61,462 nucleotides of DNA from a virus (IMGVR_UViG_3300017774_002380:1-61462); one strand, 5' to 3'; shown: positions 27,127-35,728, counted from the first letter of the stretch. The notes: a model not told the origin generated them from the letters alone. Translations and numbers: made by a program.

Positions 27127-27285
27127 TTATTCTCCTTTTTTGGGCGCATACACCATCTTTTTGACGGCGAATCCACCACGTTTGTTTTTCATTTTGCTCC
27201 ACGTCTCTGGATCGATTGTCGATTTAGACTTGGAGCGGGATTTACCAGCTTTCTTTCGCTTATTGATGTTCTCGTATAGACTCAT
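27127..27285 (-). CDS. Small basic protein (52 aa)
   Basis: Read by hand: MSLYENINKRKKAGKSRSKSKSTIDPETWSKMKNKRGGF...PKKGE. Abuts both neighbours. Confidence 0.8.
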   Translation of the reverse strand: MSLYENINKRKKAGKSRSKSKSTIDPETWSKMKNKRGGFAVKKMVYAPKKGE

Positions 27286-27929
27286 ACTTTGGGTTTCTTG
27301 TTGCTGAAGTTCTCCAGCAGCGCGAAGGGCGAGCGGCCATAAGCAGCCAAATAGTCATCGGTATCGATGACAAGGCCAAGCCTGTGTGCCGTATCTTCAC
27401 TCCACACTACCTTTGCATACTTCAGGTTATGGGTTGTGATCAGGTGATCATGCTTGCCGCCACAGGATGCCTGCAGGACAAGGTTCTTGGGGATCTGGCC
27501 TAAACGATTAACCCAAAAGGTTAATGATTTAGTGAATGCCCAAAAGTGTATGTCAGGATTCTCCATGACGAAGAGCAGCCATCCGTCGAAGTATGTCTGC
27601 GAGAAGAAGTCTCCCGCAGTGTGGACGCGACAGCGTTTCATTCGCTTAGGCTTGGCGCGAGTGAGGATAGAACATACCTGATGCGGTGTCTTTCCCTTGA
27701 CGGCTTCAAAGTTCGTCCAGAGGCGTTCACGCACAGACGGGTAGCGTTCAGTCACGGCGCTGTAGCAGCGGAATTCCTGCTTCGGGCCATTCCAGACTTT
27801 ACCCGTGTTGCGGTCAGCGATGGCTAGGCACTTCTCAGCACCCGGGCACGTTGTGCCGCTAGGCAGCGACCATGAATACGCACCCTTATCGAATACGTAC
27901 TGGTTTACTTTGGTAAACGCAGGGATCAT
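27282..27929 (-). CDS. Gp88-like (radical-SAM-related) protein
   Basis: SWSLPSGTTCPGAEKC...CYS, RVHTAGDFFS..YF..W and FWAFTKS. Confidence 0.75.
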   Translation of the reverse strand: MIPAFTKVNQYVFDKGAYSWSLPSGTTCPGAEKCLAIADRNTGKVWNGPKQEFRCYSAVTERYPSVRERLWTNFEAVKGKTPHQVCSILTRAKPKRMKRCRVHTAGDFFSQTYFDGWLLFVMENPDIHFWAFTKSLTFWVNRLGQIPKNLVLQASCGGKHDHLITTHNLKYAKVVWSEDTAHRLGLVIDTDDYLAAYGRSPFALLENFSNKKPKV

Positions 27930-27944
27930 GGCGCGATCATATCC

Positions 27945-28508
27945 TTAGTTTTGGCGCTCGTCCACAGCATAAATCGTCTCCTGCAAGATGAGTTTCGGGA
28001 TTGGTTGGGTGTCAATCACGTAGGACGAATCTTCAAATACAACGCGATTAGTGGGCTGTATTGTCAGGCGTCCGTTGTCCAAAACGCACCATATGAATAT
28101 TTTGTCCTGATCAGGAGAGTCGCTCCATCCATCATTCATATGGGTAGTGCTAAACAAATAACTGCCCTTATAAATTCCTGACTTGGTTTTGGCGCTCACC
28201 GTCATGCCGTCGAGCACAGGATCTTGCAGCATGACAAAGTCATAGCTGTAGCAATTCCATGCTTGTGAGTCATCGATGTTCCAGAACTGTGCGCCATCAC
28301 GCCTGAACGAAATCGCGTGAGGCGGGATGTTTCGGTACATCATGCCGCCTACACGGAAGATGACGTTGATGCCCCAAGCGCGACCCGGTATAGACGTGAC
28401 GCCTACCCACATTGCTTCCTGCCATCCGATAGACTTCTCATGCGTGAACGCACTGTCCACGATGATGTAACGGTGGATCGGGATAGATCCTATTTTGCAA
28501 TAACGCAT
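27945..28508 (-). CDS. Conserved phage hypothetical protein
   Basis: 187 aa. SIPGRA, QAWNCYS and LDNGRLTIQPTNRV. Confidence 0.75.
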   Translation of the reverse strand: MRYCKIGSIPIHRYIIVDSAFTHEKSIGWQEAMWVGVTSIPGRAWGINVIFRVGGMMYRNIPPHAISFRRDGAQFWNIDDSQAWNCYSYDFVMLQDPVLDGMTVSAKTKSGIYKGSYLFSTTHMNDGWSDSPDQDKIFIWCVLDNGRLTIQPTNRVVFEDSSYVIDTQPIPKLILQETIYAVDERQN

Positions 28509-28831
28509 CGTTTGGGCCTTTCCATATTGATGGCATCTTGCAGCAGCCTGCAGACGATGCGGATGCGGTTGTTGTTTGGCTCATTCCCTGCAACTTCCTG
28601 AGCTTCTACCAACGCTTGTGTTACGAGCGTTTCGGTACGGCGCTTGCTTTCAGCGAGGATCTTGATCAGTCCGTCTGACGCATCACGCTCGCGCCAATCA
28701 AGCGAACAACAGACGATCTCATGCCAGTTGTTATCAACCTGTACAGACCATGACGTGCGTCTGCAGTCTGGCTCGCTGTCATCTTGTGATTTCAGGGGGA
28801 ACCCGTAGTAACTTCCATCATATGTATTCAT
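28490..28831 (-). CDS. Hypothetical protein
   Basis: 113 aa, TAATATG coupling. Confidence 0.65.
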   Translation of the reverse strand: MNTYDGSYYGFPLKSQDDSEPDCRRTSWSVQVDNNWHEIVCCSLDWRERDASDGLIKILAESKRRTETLVTQALVEAQEVAGNEPNNNRIRIVCRLLQDAINMERPKRCVIAK

Positions 28832-28832
28832 A

Positions 28833-29561
28833 TTATTTGTATTGTATTATTGTGGAGAACTGTTGGAGGCGACGAAGGATCGGCTCTCCACGATCCTCCG
28901 AAAGCATTTGCCTGAATGATTTGCCGTCCGAATTGCTCGTAGCAATGGTTGGCTTTTTGTGGGACGTTCTATATTCCAGAATATCGAATAGCTCCAACTC
29001 AGCGCGTTCTGTGAACTTCTGTTTTCCTAAATCGTCGAGCAGCAGGATGCTGCATGACTTGCACTCTTGGATCACATATTCGGCTTTATTGCGATCCTCT
29101 ACACGGGAATGCCATTGATCGGCAGCAAACTTGGCAAGCTGCGTAGCTGTCACGCCAAAGCAGCGCTTGCCTGCAAGAATATATCGTTTAATGAGCATCC
29201 AAGCAGCGCGGGACTTCCCTTTTCCAGCAGGCCCAACAAGGATCAATCCTGTTGGATTAAACTCCCAATCTTCAACGGCTCGCACGTATGGCGTATAGAT
29301 CCGCGAAGGATCGGTATCCTGATAAAGCGGAGGACAGAGGCTGGCGAATGCAGCGAGGCGCTGAGCCTGTTCGTCCCGTTTCATCTGCTCCTCGTATGCT
29401 TTCTGCTCCTTGTCAGCACACTCATCGCACGTTGAGTCGAAGCGGATCTTGCGCGTTCCTACCATGAATACGGGAACTTCGTAGGGCTTGAAGCACTCAG
29501 AGCAGGCTACGGTTTCTGTCTGCTGTTGTTCTTCACCAATCATATTTGGAGTCCTTTCCAT
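28833..29561 (-). CDS. DnaC/IstB-like AAA+ helicase loader
   Basis: N-terminal CxxC...CxxC, GPAGKGKS, LLLDDLGK, and FDILEYR...PTIATSN. Confidence 0.88.
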   Translation of the reverse strand: MERTPNMIGEEQQQTETVACSECFKPYEVPVFMVGTRKIRFDSTCDECADKEQKAYEEQMKRDEQAQRLAAFASLCPPLYQDTDPSRIYTPYVRAVEDWEFNPTGLILVGPAGKGKSRAAWMLIKRYILAGKRCFGVTATQLAKFAADQWHSRVEDRNKAEYVIQECKSCSILLLDDLGKQKFTERAELELFDILEYRTSHKKPTIATSNSDGKSFRQMLSEDRGEPILRRLQQFSTIIQYK

Positions 29562-30264
29562 CGTTGGTCTTCTTGGGCTGCTGCTTGCCGTATGCTGGCT
29601 GCATTGGGCTACCATCGGCAACCCATTTTGTCTTCACGCGATTCAGCACTGATTGCCATTTTTGGATCGGACGATGGTTCCAATCGATCCATCCTGAACC
29701 TTCATGCTCCTCAAACCAATCCTTGGCCTTCCAAGCGGCTAGGCCAATACGGTCAGCATAAGCCAGTACATCTTCCAGCGTAGGCCACTCGCGCCCTCTC
29801 TCTACTACTATACTTGTAGATGAAGATGAAGAGTTGCCTTTAGGTTCCAACCTAGATGCCAAGGGTGGTTCCAAGGGTGGTTGACCGTTGCTTGGCGTTT
29901 GCTTGGACTTACGGCGCATTTCGGCAGAAACGAGGCCACCTTGACGGCTTTTCTCCAAGAACGTCTCGCGCTCCCGCTTGAGGGCATCGAGCTTGTCATG
30001 TACCAACACGCCACCAGTTCCTGAACCAGAATCCAAGGGTGGTTGGAACATGGTTGCAACCTCTTGTGCAAGGGTGGTTGAAGCACCCTTGCCAATCAAG
30101 CGGGCCAGCTTCACTGGATCGGCAGGGATGCTCCCGTGCTGCCAGCAGTACGATAATAGCCTGATATAGGCTCCCTCCTCCTCAAGGGTCATAAGGCTGA
30201 CCCTTTGTGACCCTAGCCAATCGGCAGGGTAGAACATGAATGCGGGGGCTTTGCTCTTAGACAT
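29533..30264 (-). CDS. Replication initiator, DUF1376/YdaU-type
   Basis: PAFMFYPADWL...MTLEEEGAYIRLLSYCW...GSIP, a C-terminal PTLEDV domain, and position directly upstream of the DnaC-like gene. Confidence 0.85.
   Translation of the reverse strand: MSKSKAPAFMFYPADWLGSQRVSLMTLEEEGAYIRLLSYCWQHGSIPADPVKLARLIGKGASTTLAQEVATMFQPPLDSGSGTGGVLVHDKLDALKRERETFLEKSRQGGLVSAEMRRKSKQTPSNGQPPLEPPLASRLEPKGNSSSSSTSIVVERGREWPTLEDVLAYADRIGLAAWKAKDWFEEHEGSGWIDWNHRPIQKWQSVLNRVKTKWVADGSPMQPAYGKQQPKKTNDGKDSKYDW
29859..30092. repeat. Four 12-bp iterons (C/G)CAAGGGTGGTT; probable replication origin
   Basis: Copies at 29859, 29871, 30033 and 30068. The last is part of the palindrome GCAAGGGTG-N7-CACCCTTGC. Confidence 0.75.
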
Positions 30265-30583
30265 GGCAGACGTGGGCCTTGCCTTTGTAGACTGCGATTG
30301 TGGCCGCATGGGAGCGCTTGCGGCGGGAGTTGGTATATCCAACCTTTACTATGACGCCATGCTTACAGGCAGTCAGGAAGCGAGCGCCCATAGCGTTGTG
30401 GTGATGCGGGGGATCTCCGCAAAAGTCACGGACATCCTCCGCCGTGAATTCGGAACCGTTTGAGGCCATTGATGCGATGACGCCATCGCAAGCCATGACC
30501 CATTCGTTGCACGTATTGTCTGAAACCTTCGCAGCGCCTTCATCGCGTAGCCTGCGACCTTCTGAGTTATCGTATTTATTCAT
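30257..30583 (-). CDS. Hypothetical protein (possible winged helix)
   Basis: GRRLRDEG, FTAEDVR and NAMGARF. Confidence 0.75.
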   Translation of the reverse strand: MNKYDNSEGRRLRDEGAAKVSDNTCNEWVMACDGVIASMASNGSEFTAEDVRDFCGDPPHHHNAMGARFLTACKHGVIVKVGYTNSRRKRSHAATIAVYKGKAHVCHV

Positions 30584-30587
30584 GTAT

Positions 30588-31604
30588 TTATTTGAGGGTT
30601 TTGATCTTCGTTTCGGTCATGCGGGTTGTTCCTTGCTTGAACTTTGAGTCCAACGCAGAAGGCGCGTACCCACGTTTATCCGCCCATGCACGGAATGTTT
30701 TGCCATCTATCTCTCCGCCAAACAAGCCAATAATATCGTTTATTGACGCGCCCGTTGTCTCCGCCGCCTCAGCAATGACCTCAGCAGTGAAATACTCGCT
30801 GCCTTTGGTTGTGCTGATCTTCCAGCCAGCGACATCAACGCCTTGGCCCATCAATTCCTTGGCCTTGTCTTTGGCGAAATCCCATAGCTCTTTCTTGAAC
30901 ACGTTTGCCATCTTCAAGAACTGGCCCAAGCGCTCAGGACTGCTACTCACTTGCTCGCGCAATTGGTCGAGCGTTGTATCTACGCTCTCGACAACAGTGA
31001 GAGATTTTTCAACAGGCCCAACAATTGCGGGACAAGTGTTTCGCATAGCGCACCATCCGCAATAGTCGCATGGCGTTGGCTGTTTGTTCGGATCTTTATA
31101 AGCCGATATGATGCGGCTCACAATCTCCTTGGCCTCGTCATGCGTAAACTCATGCGTAACCTGAGTCTGGAAATCACAGAACAGCAGGATGCACGTCCAG
31201 TTGTCTACGAAGTGCGACTCCATGTTGCCCAAGGCATACGCTGCCATCTGCTCCATGTAGTTCCGCATCTGCCCCGTCTTGAGATCTAACGATATGGACT
31301 TGCTTGGGATGCGAGCATCCTCAGTGCCGATATGTTCGATGCCTGACGTTTTGACCTTCAAGCTGTCCTCATCAACGATGACCGTGTCATCCAAGGCATA
31401 GTCCAGCGTTGTTTCGATTGCCCACTGCACGGACGTTTTGTCAGCGGCAGCGAGTTGATCCAGCAACGCTATATTGCCCGATAAGGCAGCGCGATAGGCT
31501 GCATCCATGCTAGTGCCTCGCTGTGCCGCTGGAGACGTACCTCCAGACGGCTGATAGCAAGCACACGCTGACAGCTTCGGCAGCGATGAGTGACGCAGGC
31601 TCAT
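30588..31604 (-). CDS. PD-(D/E)XK exonuclease, Cas4/DUF2800-like
   Basis: RHSSL...C, RGT..D, GTEDA, DLKTG, QMAAYALG and CDYCGWC...C. Confidence 0.8.
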   Translation of the reverse strand: MSLRHSSLPKLSACACYQPSGGTSPAAQRGTSMDAAYRAALSGNIALLDQLAAADKTSVQWAIETTLDYALDDTVIVDEDSLKVKTSGIEHIGTEDARIPSKSISLDLKTGQMRNYMEQMAAYALGNMESHFVDNWTCILLFCDFQTQVTHEFTHDEAKEIVSRIISAYKDPNKQPTPCDYCGWCAMRNTCPAIVGPVEKSLTVVESVDTTLDQLREQVSSSPERLGQFLKMANVFKKELWDFAKDKAKELMGQGVDVAGWKISTTKGSEYFTAEVIAEAAETTGASINDIIGLFGGEIDGKTFRAWADKRGYAPSALDSKFKQGTTRMTETKIKTLK

Positions 31605-32380
31605 TTCGTAACGGCGGCGATGAACTTTTCAGGATGCGCCAGAATGCGCTCACGGTAGGAGCCTTCAGGAACATCTCTCCACGTCATGCCTTCGCTGATG
31701 ACGCCTTTGCTGATGAGGAATCCGTTGGCACTGCTGTCATGCTTGCCAATCAAACCCTCCACAGGAGCGTACCAAGGCTTGTCCTCGACAACCTCGACCT
31801 CGACAACCTTCACCTCTTCGACCTCAACCGTGACGGCATCTTCCTTGTCAGGAGCACTCGTCACGATCTCGCGGGGAAGCGATTTGGTTGGCGCTGAGAA
31901 GTCTGCAACCTCTTCAGGCGTATACATTCCCTGCAAGACTGCAGGGAACACGGAACGCACTCCCTCGCTGATGACGCGAGCGCGTAGCATCTGCCTTGGG
32001 TAGTTTTTCCAGTTGTCCTTGCCAGCGATGCCAGCGGATTTGGCGCGAGCCATGTCCCAATCGATGCGGAGCACTCCGCCCTGCGGGTGAGAGAATGTCG
32101 CTGCGACCTTCTCGTCGGTGTGGTCATGCCACTCAACCTTTCCGCCTGACTGCTGGAAACGAGCCAGCATAGCGTCAGAGCGCAAGGATGCCTTGCCTTG
32201 GATGATGTGGTATTCGCTTGCGATGCTGCCGGGGTGCTTCCCCTCAGCTACCGCCGTGATCATTAACGCCAGTGCCTGATCGACAGTTTTCATGCCGAAT
32301 AAACCGCTCTTGGCGAATGCGATTGCCATGCGCTCCATTTCGGAGACGGACGGCATTTGGACTGCTAGTTCTTTGCTCAT
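31601..32380 (-). CDS. Single-strand annealing recombinase (RecT/Bet-like)
   Basis: HIIQGKASL and NWKNYPRQMLRARVIS...FP...GMYTPEE, paired with the exonuclease. Confidence 0.8.
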   Translation of the reverse strand: MSKELAVQMPSVSEMERMAIAFAKSGLFGMKTVDQALALMITAVAEGKHPGSIASEYHIIQGKASLRSDAMLARFQQSGGKVEWHDHTDEKVAATFSHPQGGVLRIDWDMARAKSAGIAGKDNWKNYPRQMLRARVISEGVRSVFPAVLQGMYTPEEVADFSAPTKSLPREIVTSAPDKEDAVTVEVEEVKVVEVEVVEDKPWYAPVEGLIGKHDSSANGFLISKGVISEGMTWRDVPEGSYRERILAHPEKFIAAVTK

Positions 32381-32384
32381 GTAT

Positions 32385-32699
32385 TTATTTGCTTTCGTTT
32401 AGGTTGATGCCGTCCTGCAGCTTCGGTGCGAGAGCCTTGAGAGCCTTGCGGCTTTTCGGGTAGTACTCGCGGTTGTACTGCATGATCCAGCGGTTGGTTT
32501 TGTCATGCTGAATGATGCGGTTCATAATACTGAATCGCGTTATATCAGCGGTATTGCGTAGGGAGAATGTCTTCATCAGGCGCTGACGATGTTTCTCAAT
32601 CGTCTTCATGCTGATGTTAAGATCATCCGCCATCTCCTTGTTGGTGCGTCCAAGTGAAATCGCTGCTGCGATCTGGCGCATCCTGTTGGTCATGGTCAT
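32385..32699 (-). CDS. LuxR-type HTH transcriptional regulator
   Basis: GRTNKEMADDLNISMKTIEKHRQRLMK. Confidence 0.88.
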   Translation of the reverse strand: MTMTNRMRQIAAAISLGRTNKEMADDLNISMKTIEKHRQRLMKTFSLRNTADITRFSIMNRIIQHDKTNRWIMQYNREYYPKSRKALKALAPKLQDGINLNESK

Positions 32700-32790
32700 T
32701 GATGTATTAATGGTGCGAGCAGTGAAGCCGTCAGCTACTCCGCTGCTCGCTGTGTGTGTGTTGATTGTTATGCTGACGAAAGTCACGGGA

Positions 32791-33081
32791 CTAGATGGCC
32801 CTGAGGCTCTTGCCCTTGCACGTCTGTGCCTTCACCATAATGGCGAGCACTTCCATGCAGCGCTCCTCGTACTGGTCGAGGAACTCTTTGCGGCAGCGAC
32901 CCTTGATCCACCACTTGCCGCACTCGTCTGCGAGCTTGAGTGCGAGCTTCTTGCTGTAGGCGCGATTGGTCACGCCGCTGCTTTTCGTTGCACGGGGTTT
33001 TTTCCCGTCCGCTTTGACAGCAGGCTTGCTGCTGTTGAGTTTCCGTTGGTTGTGAATGACTGCTGAATCTCCGAATGTCAT
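32791..33081 (-). CDS. Basic hypothetical early protein (96 aa)
   Basis: Own ATG at 33081, downstream of a promoter and an ATACATAC leader motif. Confidence 0.65.
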   Translation of the reverse strand: MTFGDSAVIHNQRKLNSSKPAVKADGKKPRATKSSGVTNRAYSKKLALKLADECGKWWIKGRCRKEFLDQYEERCMEVLAIMVKAQTCKGKSLRAI

Positions 33082-33129
33082 AGGTATGTATGTATGGTTG
33101 ATGTTGATGCTCATTGACTGAGCATGGGC

Positions 33130-33158
33130 AGTATCGCCCATAGCCGATTTTTGGTCAA
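33130..33158 (-). promoter_or_regulatory. Early promoter P3
   Basis: TTGACC-17bp-GATACT with ATGGGC directly upstream of the -10. Confidence 0.7.
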
Positions 33159-33167
33159 GCATATTTT

Positions 33168-33546
33168 TTTCAGGGGGGGGAGGGATAACCCTCCAAGCCC
33201 TGCGGATGTGGGAGCCTAGGGGTGTGCGTACCGCATCGTGAATCTTGCCGTCCAGCACTGCCAAAGCATGGCCCCGTACGGTCACGTAGAACGCCCCCTG
33301 CGGGTTCTTCTTGGCAAACTTGCCTAGCGTACCGCTGCGGCACACCAAAGCGAAGCTGTGGCTTACCTCGCTGGCAACGTCCCTGACAACACGGGCAAAG
33401 GGGATGCCCTTGCGATCCTTGCGGCCTACTGCCCTCATGGCAGCATGGCAGCGTGAGTACGGCAGGCCCGTGACGGCACAGAGCGCAATCACGGTGCAGT
33501 CCTTGCGCTCCTTGAAGCCCTGTCGCTCGTTAGATATTGAATCCAT
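33168..33546 (-). CDS. Papain/C39-like domain protein; as assembled it reads through into 32791..33081
   Basis: KDCTVIAL...GHALAVLDGKIHD (Cys-His-Asp). The 3' end is ambiguous at a G8 run (33173-33180). Confidence 0.65.
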
Positions 33547-33557
33547 GCGGCGGGGTT

Positions 33558-33587
33558 CCCGTGCGGGGGCTTTCGCCCCCACACAGG
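33558..33587 (-). other. 13-bp GAAA-tetraloop hairpin
   Basis: CCTGTGTGGGGGC-GAAA-GCCCCCGCACGGG, no U-tract. Confidence 0.75.
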
Positions 33588-33594
33588 ATGCTGG

Positions 33595-34335
33595 TCAGTT
33601 GACGAAGTGCTGCGAGAGATCCCACAGCTTCTGGTTGAACTGCACGTCCGCTGCAGGCGATGAGATGCGGCGGATGCCATAACGGCGATTACCACGGGAA
33701 GCCGTCTCCTGAACGCGATTGAAGACGCTCCACAGGTCGTTGCGGCTATCTTCCTCGCGGTTGACGAGTCCAAGCGCCGTGAGTTGATGCTCAGACGGCT
33801 CGTCCCAACGCAGCTTGGCAGCTTCGATGATGAAGGTCATCTCGACCAAGGGGTGCAGCTTGACGCTACGCATGGCCTTGATGCCTTCCAGCATTTCGGG
33901 TGCGCGTTGCACGATGGTTTGCACGGCTTGGTGCGCTGCCTCGACATTGGCTTGACGATGGATCAAGCGAGTCTGGAAGGCAGACGTTCCAGCGATGATG
34001 CCGTTGCTGCAAACGAAACGGAAGAAGCCAAGCGCAATACGCAGCGAGGATTTTCCGTCATGGCTGTTGATGATGACGATCTCAGGCTGACCCTCGTCGC
34101 CTGCGCTCGGCATGATGTCGTTGTGGCGGAGACGCACAACGTGCTTTTGGAAACCGCGAGTCTCGGCGCTGTTGGCTCTGCAGATCTCGACGCTGCGAGG
34201 GACGAACCCGTGCGGCTCCAAGTGGCTGATGATGTCGCGAGTCGATACGAATCCGTACTTGTCGCTTGTTGTCGTAGCAGCGTGACTTGCCTCAAGAGGA
34301 GTCAGTGCAGTGTTGTAGTCTAGGTTGCTGATCAT
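33595..34335 (-). CDS. DUF932/DUF945-family protein
   Basis: SDKYGFVST, FQKHVVRLR, NSHDGKSS...GFFRFVCSNG and DLWSVFNRVQE. Confidence 0.88.
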   Translation of the reverse strand: MISNLDYNTALTPLEASHAATTTSDKYGFVSTRDIISHLEPHGFVPRSVEICRANSAETRGFQKHVVRLRHNDIMPSAGDEGQPEIVIINSHDGKSSLRIALGFFRFVCSNGIIAGTSAFQTRLIHRQANVEAAHQAVQTIVQRAPEMLEGIKAMRSVKLHPLVEMTFIIEAAKLRWDEPSEHQLTALGLVNREEDSRNDLWSVFNRVQETASRGNRRYGIRRISSPAADVQFNQKLWDLSQHFVN

Positions 34336-34382
34336 TTTGTATGTATGGTTTGTTGTTAGGTGCTCCTTAATGGAGCATGGGC

Positions 34383-34411
34383 AGTATTGCCCATGCCCAT
34401 GCTCCGCGCAA
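34383..34411 (-). promoter_or_regulatory. Early promoter P2
   Basis: TTGCGC-17bp-AATACT inside the palindrome GCATGGGCA-ATAC-TGCCCATGC, with upstream A-tracts. Confidence 0.7.
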
Positions 34412-34434
34412 GGATTATTTTGAAGTTTTTTTGA

Positions 34435-34653
34435 TTATTTCCATCCTCCTGTGTAAACCCGTTTCCTGCGGCCTGCCCGTCCGCACTTAGGGATTGGCTT
34501 TCCAGCAGCAAGAGCCTGCCTTGTCTTCTCAGCGGAAAGCCAAGCGGTCAGGAACTTGTGGTCTTGCTTGGTGATGGATTCGCCGTCCTTGATGCATTGA
34601 ACAAGGTAAGCGGCAGTGCCTGCTTGTTTATCGAGTATTGCCTTGATGTCCAT
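34435..34653 (-). CDS. Hypothetical early protein
   Basis: 72 aa from MDIKAI. Confidence 0.65.
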   Translation of the reverse strand: MDIKAILDKQAGTAAYLVQCIKDGESITKQDHKFLTAWLSAEKTRQALAAGKPIPKCGRAGRRKRVYTGGWK

Positions 34654-34655
34654 AT

Positions 34656-34946
34656 TTAGACGTTTGTGATTTTGCGCTTGAGCGTGAACTGTCCGCTGTT
34701 GTTGTGCCGTCCGATTCCCCGCACGATCCCGCAATTGGGGATACTCGTCAGGAAGTAGGCAAGGCTGAGCACCTCAGTCTGACGGGGCCATCCGCCAAGG
34801 CTCAGGTAGCTGAACAACGTGTCTCCAAGGTGCTCATGGCTAACGGATGCGCGGATGTGCTGCTTCTTCAGCGCCTCTTCCAAATTGGAGATGAGGATGC
34901 TGACTGCTTGGTAATAAGCCTCAGGGCTTAGGTCTGTGTTTTTCAT
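34656..34946 (-). CDS. Hypothetical early protein
   Basis: 96 aa preceded by AAATAAATACATACAT. Confidence 0.7.
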   Translation of the reverse strand: MKNTDLSPEAYYQAVSILISNLEEALKKQHIRASVSHEHLGDTLFSYLSLGGWPRQTEVLSLAYFLTSIPNCGIVRGIGRHNNSGQFTLKRKITNV

Positions 34947-35023
34947 ATGTATGTATTTATTTTTGCGGGGCGCTGTTGGCGCTCCATGCCGCCCTGCGCT
35001 TGGCAGGGCGGGAGGAACGTCAC

Positions 35024-35689
35024 TTAGTGGGCCAATTCAGCCCAATCTTCGTTGCTGTGGCCCCAATCCTTGAAGTCATCGCACCCGTCGAATCCTTCGT
35101 TGTAGGCCATTGCCTCCTTGGAGGTGAGTCTGGTGATCTCGTCGCCTTCGTAGGACGCACCAACATAGAAGTGCGGGTTCTTGCTGCGTCCGTAGTACGC
35201 ATCGGAGTGACCCCTGTCCCAAGGGCTTCCGTGCTCACGATCCAGACGCTCAGGAGTGCCGCGCTCTGCGACCATCTCGGCATCGTGCTTGTCGATAGCC
35301 TTGAGGATTTTCGCCTTCGCGGTTTCAAAGCCCACCTGTGGAGCGTCTTCACGCTTCACGTTTAGCTCCTCCTGCACGTTGATGCGGTCAGCGGGATAGG
35401 CAATCCTGCCTTCGTACTCCATTTGATTTTTTTCAAACTCCGTTTGATAGTCAGCGCTGACCTCTTCCCACTCCACGGGGAATTCTTTGTACCCAATGCT
35501 GTTGGAGCAACGTGCAGCAACAAATGCCACTGCGTCTTGGATGCGCTCCAAGCCAGTGATGATGTATTCGTGTCCGCCTTTGAACTTCCAGTAGGCGTTG
35601 CCGCTGGAGAAGCGCCCGTCTTTATCGTGCGCTCCGTAGTTCTCGATGGTTTGTGTTTTGACTAGGTATGTATTGGTGTATTTATTCAT
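35024..35689 (-). CDS. Hypothetical early protein (two-domain)
   Basis: 221 aa from MNKYTN. TQTIENYGAH...YWKFKGG and HGSPWDRG.SDAYYGR regions. Confidence 0.8.
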   Translation of the reverse strand: MNKYTNTYLVKTQTIENYGAHDKDGRFSSGNAYWKFKGGHEYIITGLERIQDAVAFVAARCSNSIGYKEFPVEWEEVSADYQTEFEKNQMEYEGRIAYPADRINVQEELNVKREDAPQVGFETAKAKILKAIDKHDAEMVAERGTPERLDREHGSPWDRGHSDAYYGRSKNPHFYVGASYEGDEITRLTSKEAMAYNEGFDGCDDFKDWGHSNEDWAELAH

Positions 35690-35699
35690 AACAGGTAGG

Positions 35700-35728
35700 A
35701 GTATTGCCCATCCCCCGCCTGCCGTCAA
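35700..35728 (-). promoter_or_regulatory. Early promoter P1
   Basis: TTGACG-17bp-AATACT with ATGGGC, just downstream of the terminator. Confidence 0.75.

Noticed and set aside
30588-31604. CRISPR-Cas system suggested by the Cas4-like nuclease
   Set aside because: No repeat-spacer array or other cas genes were seen. The gene pairs with an annealing protein as a recombination module.
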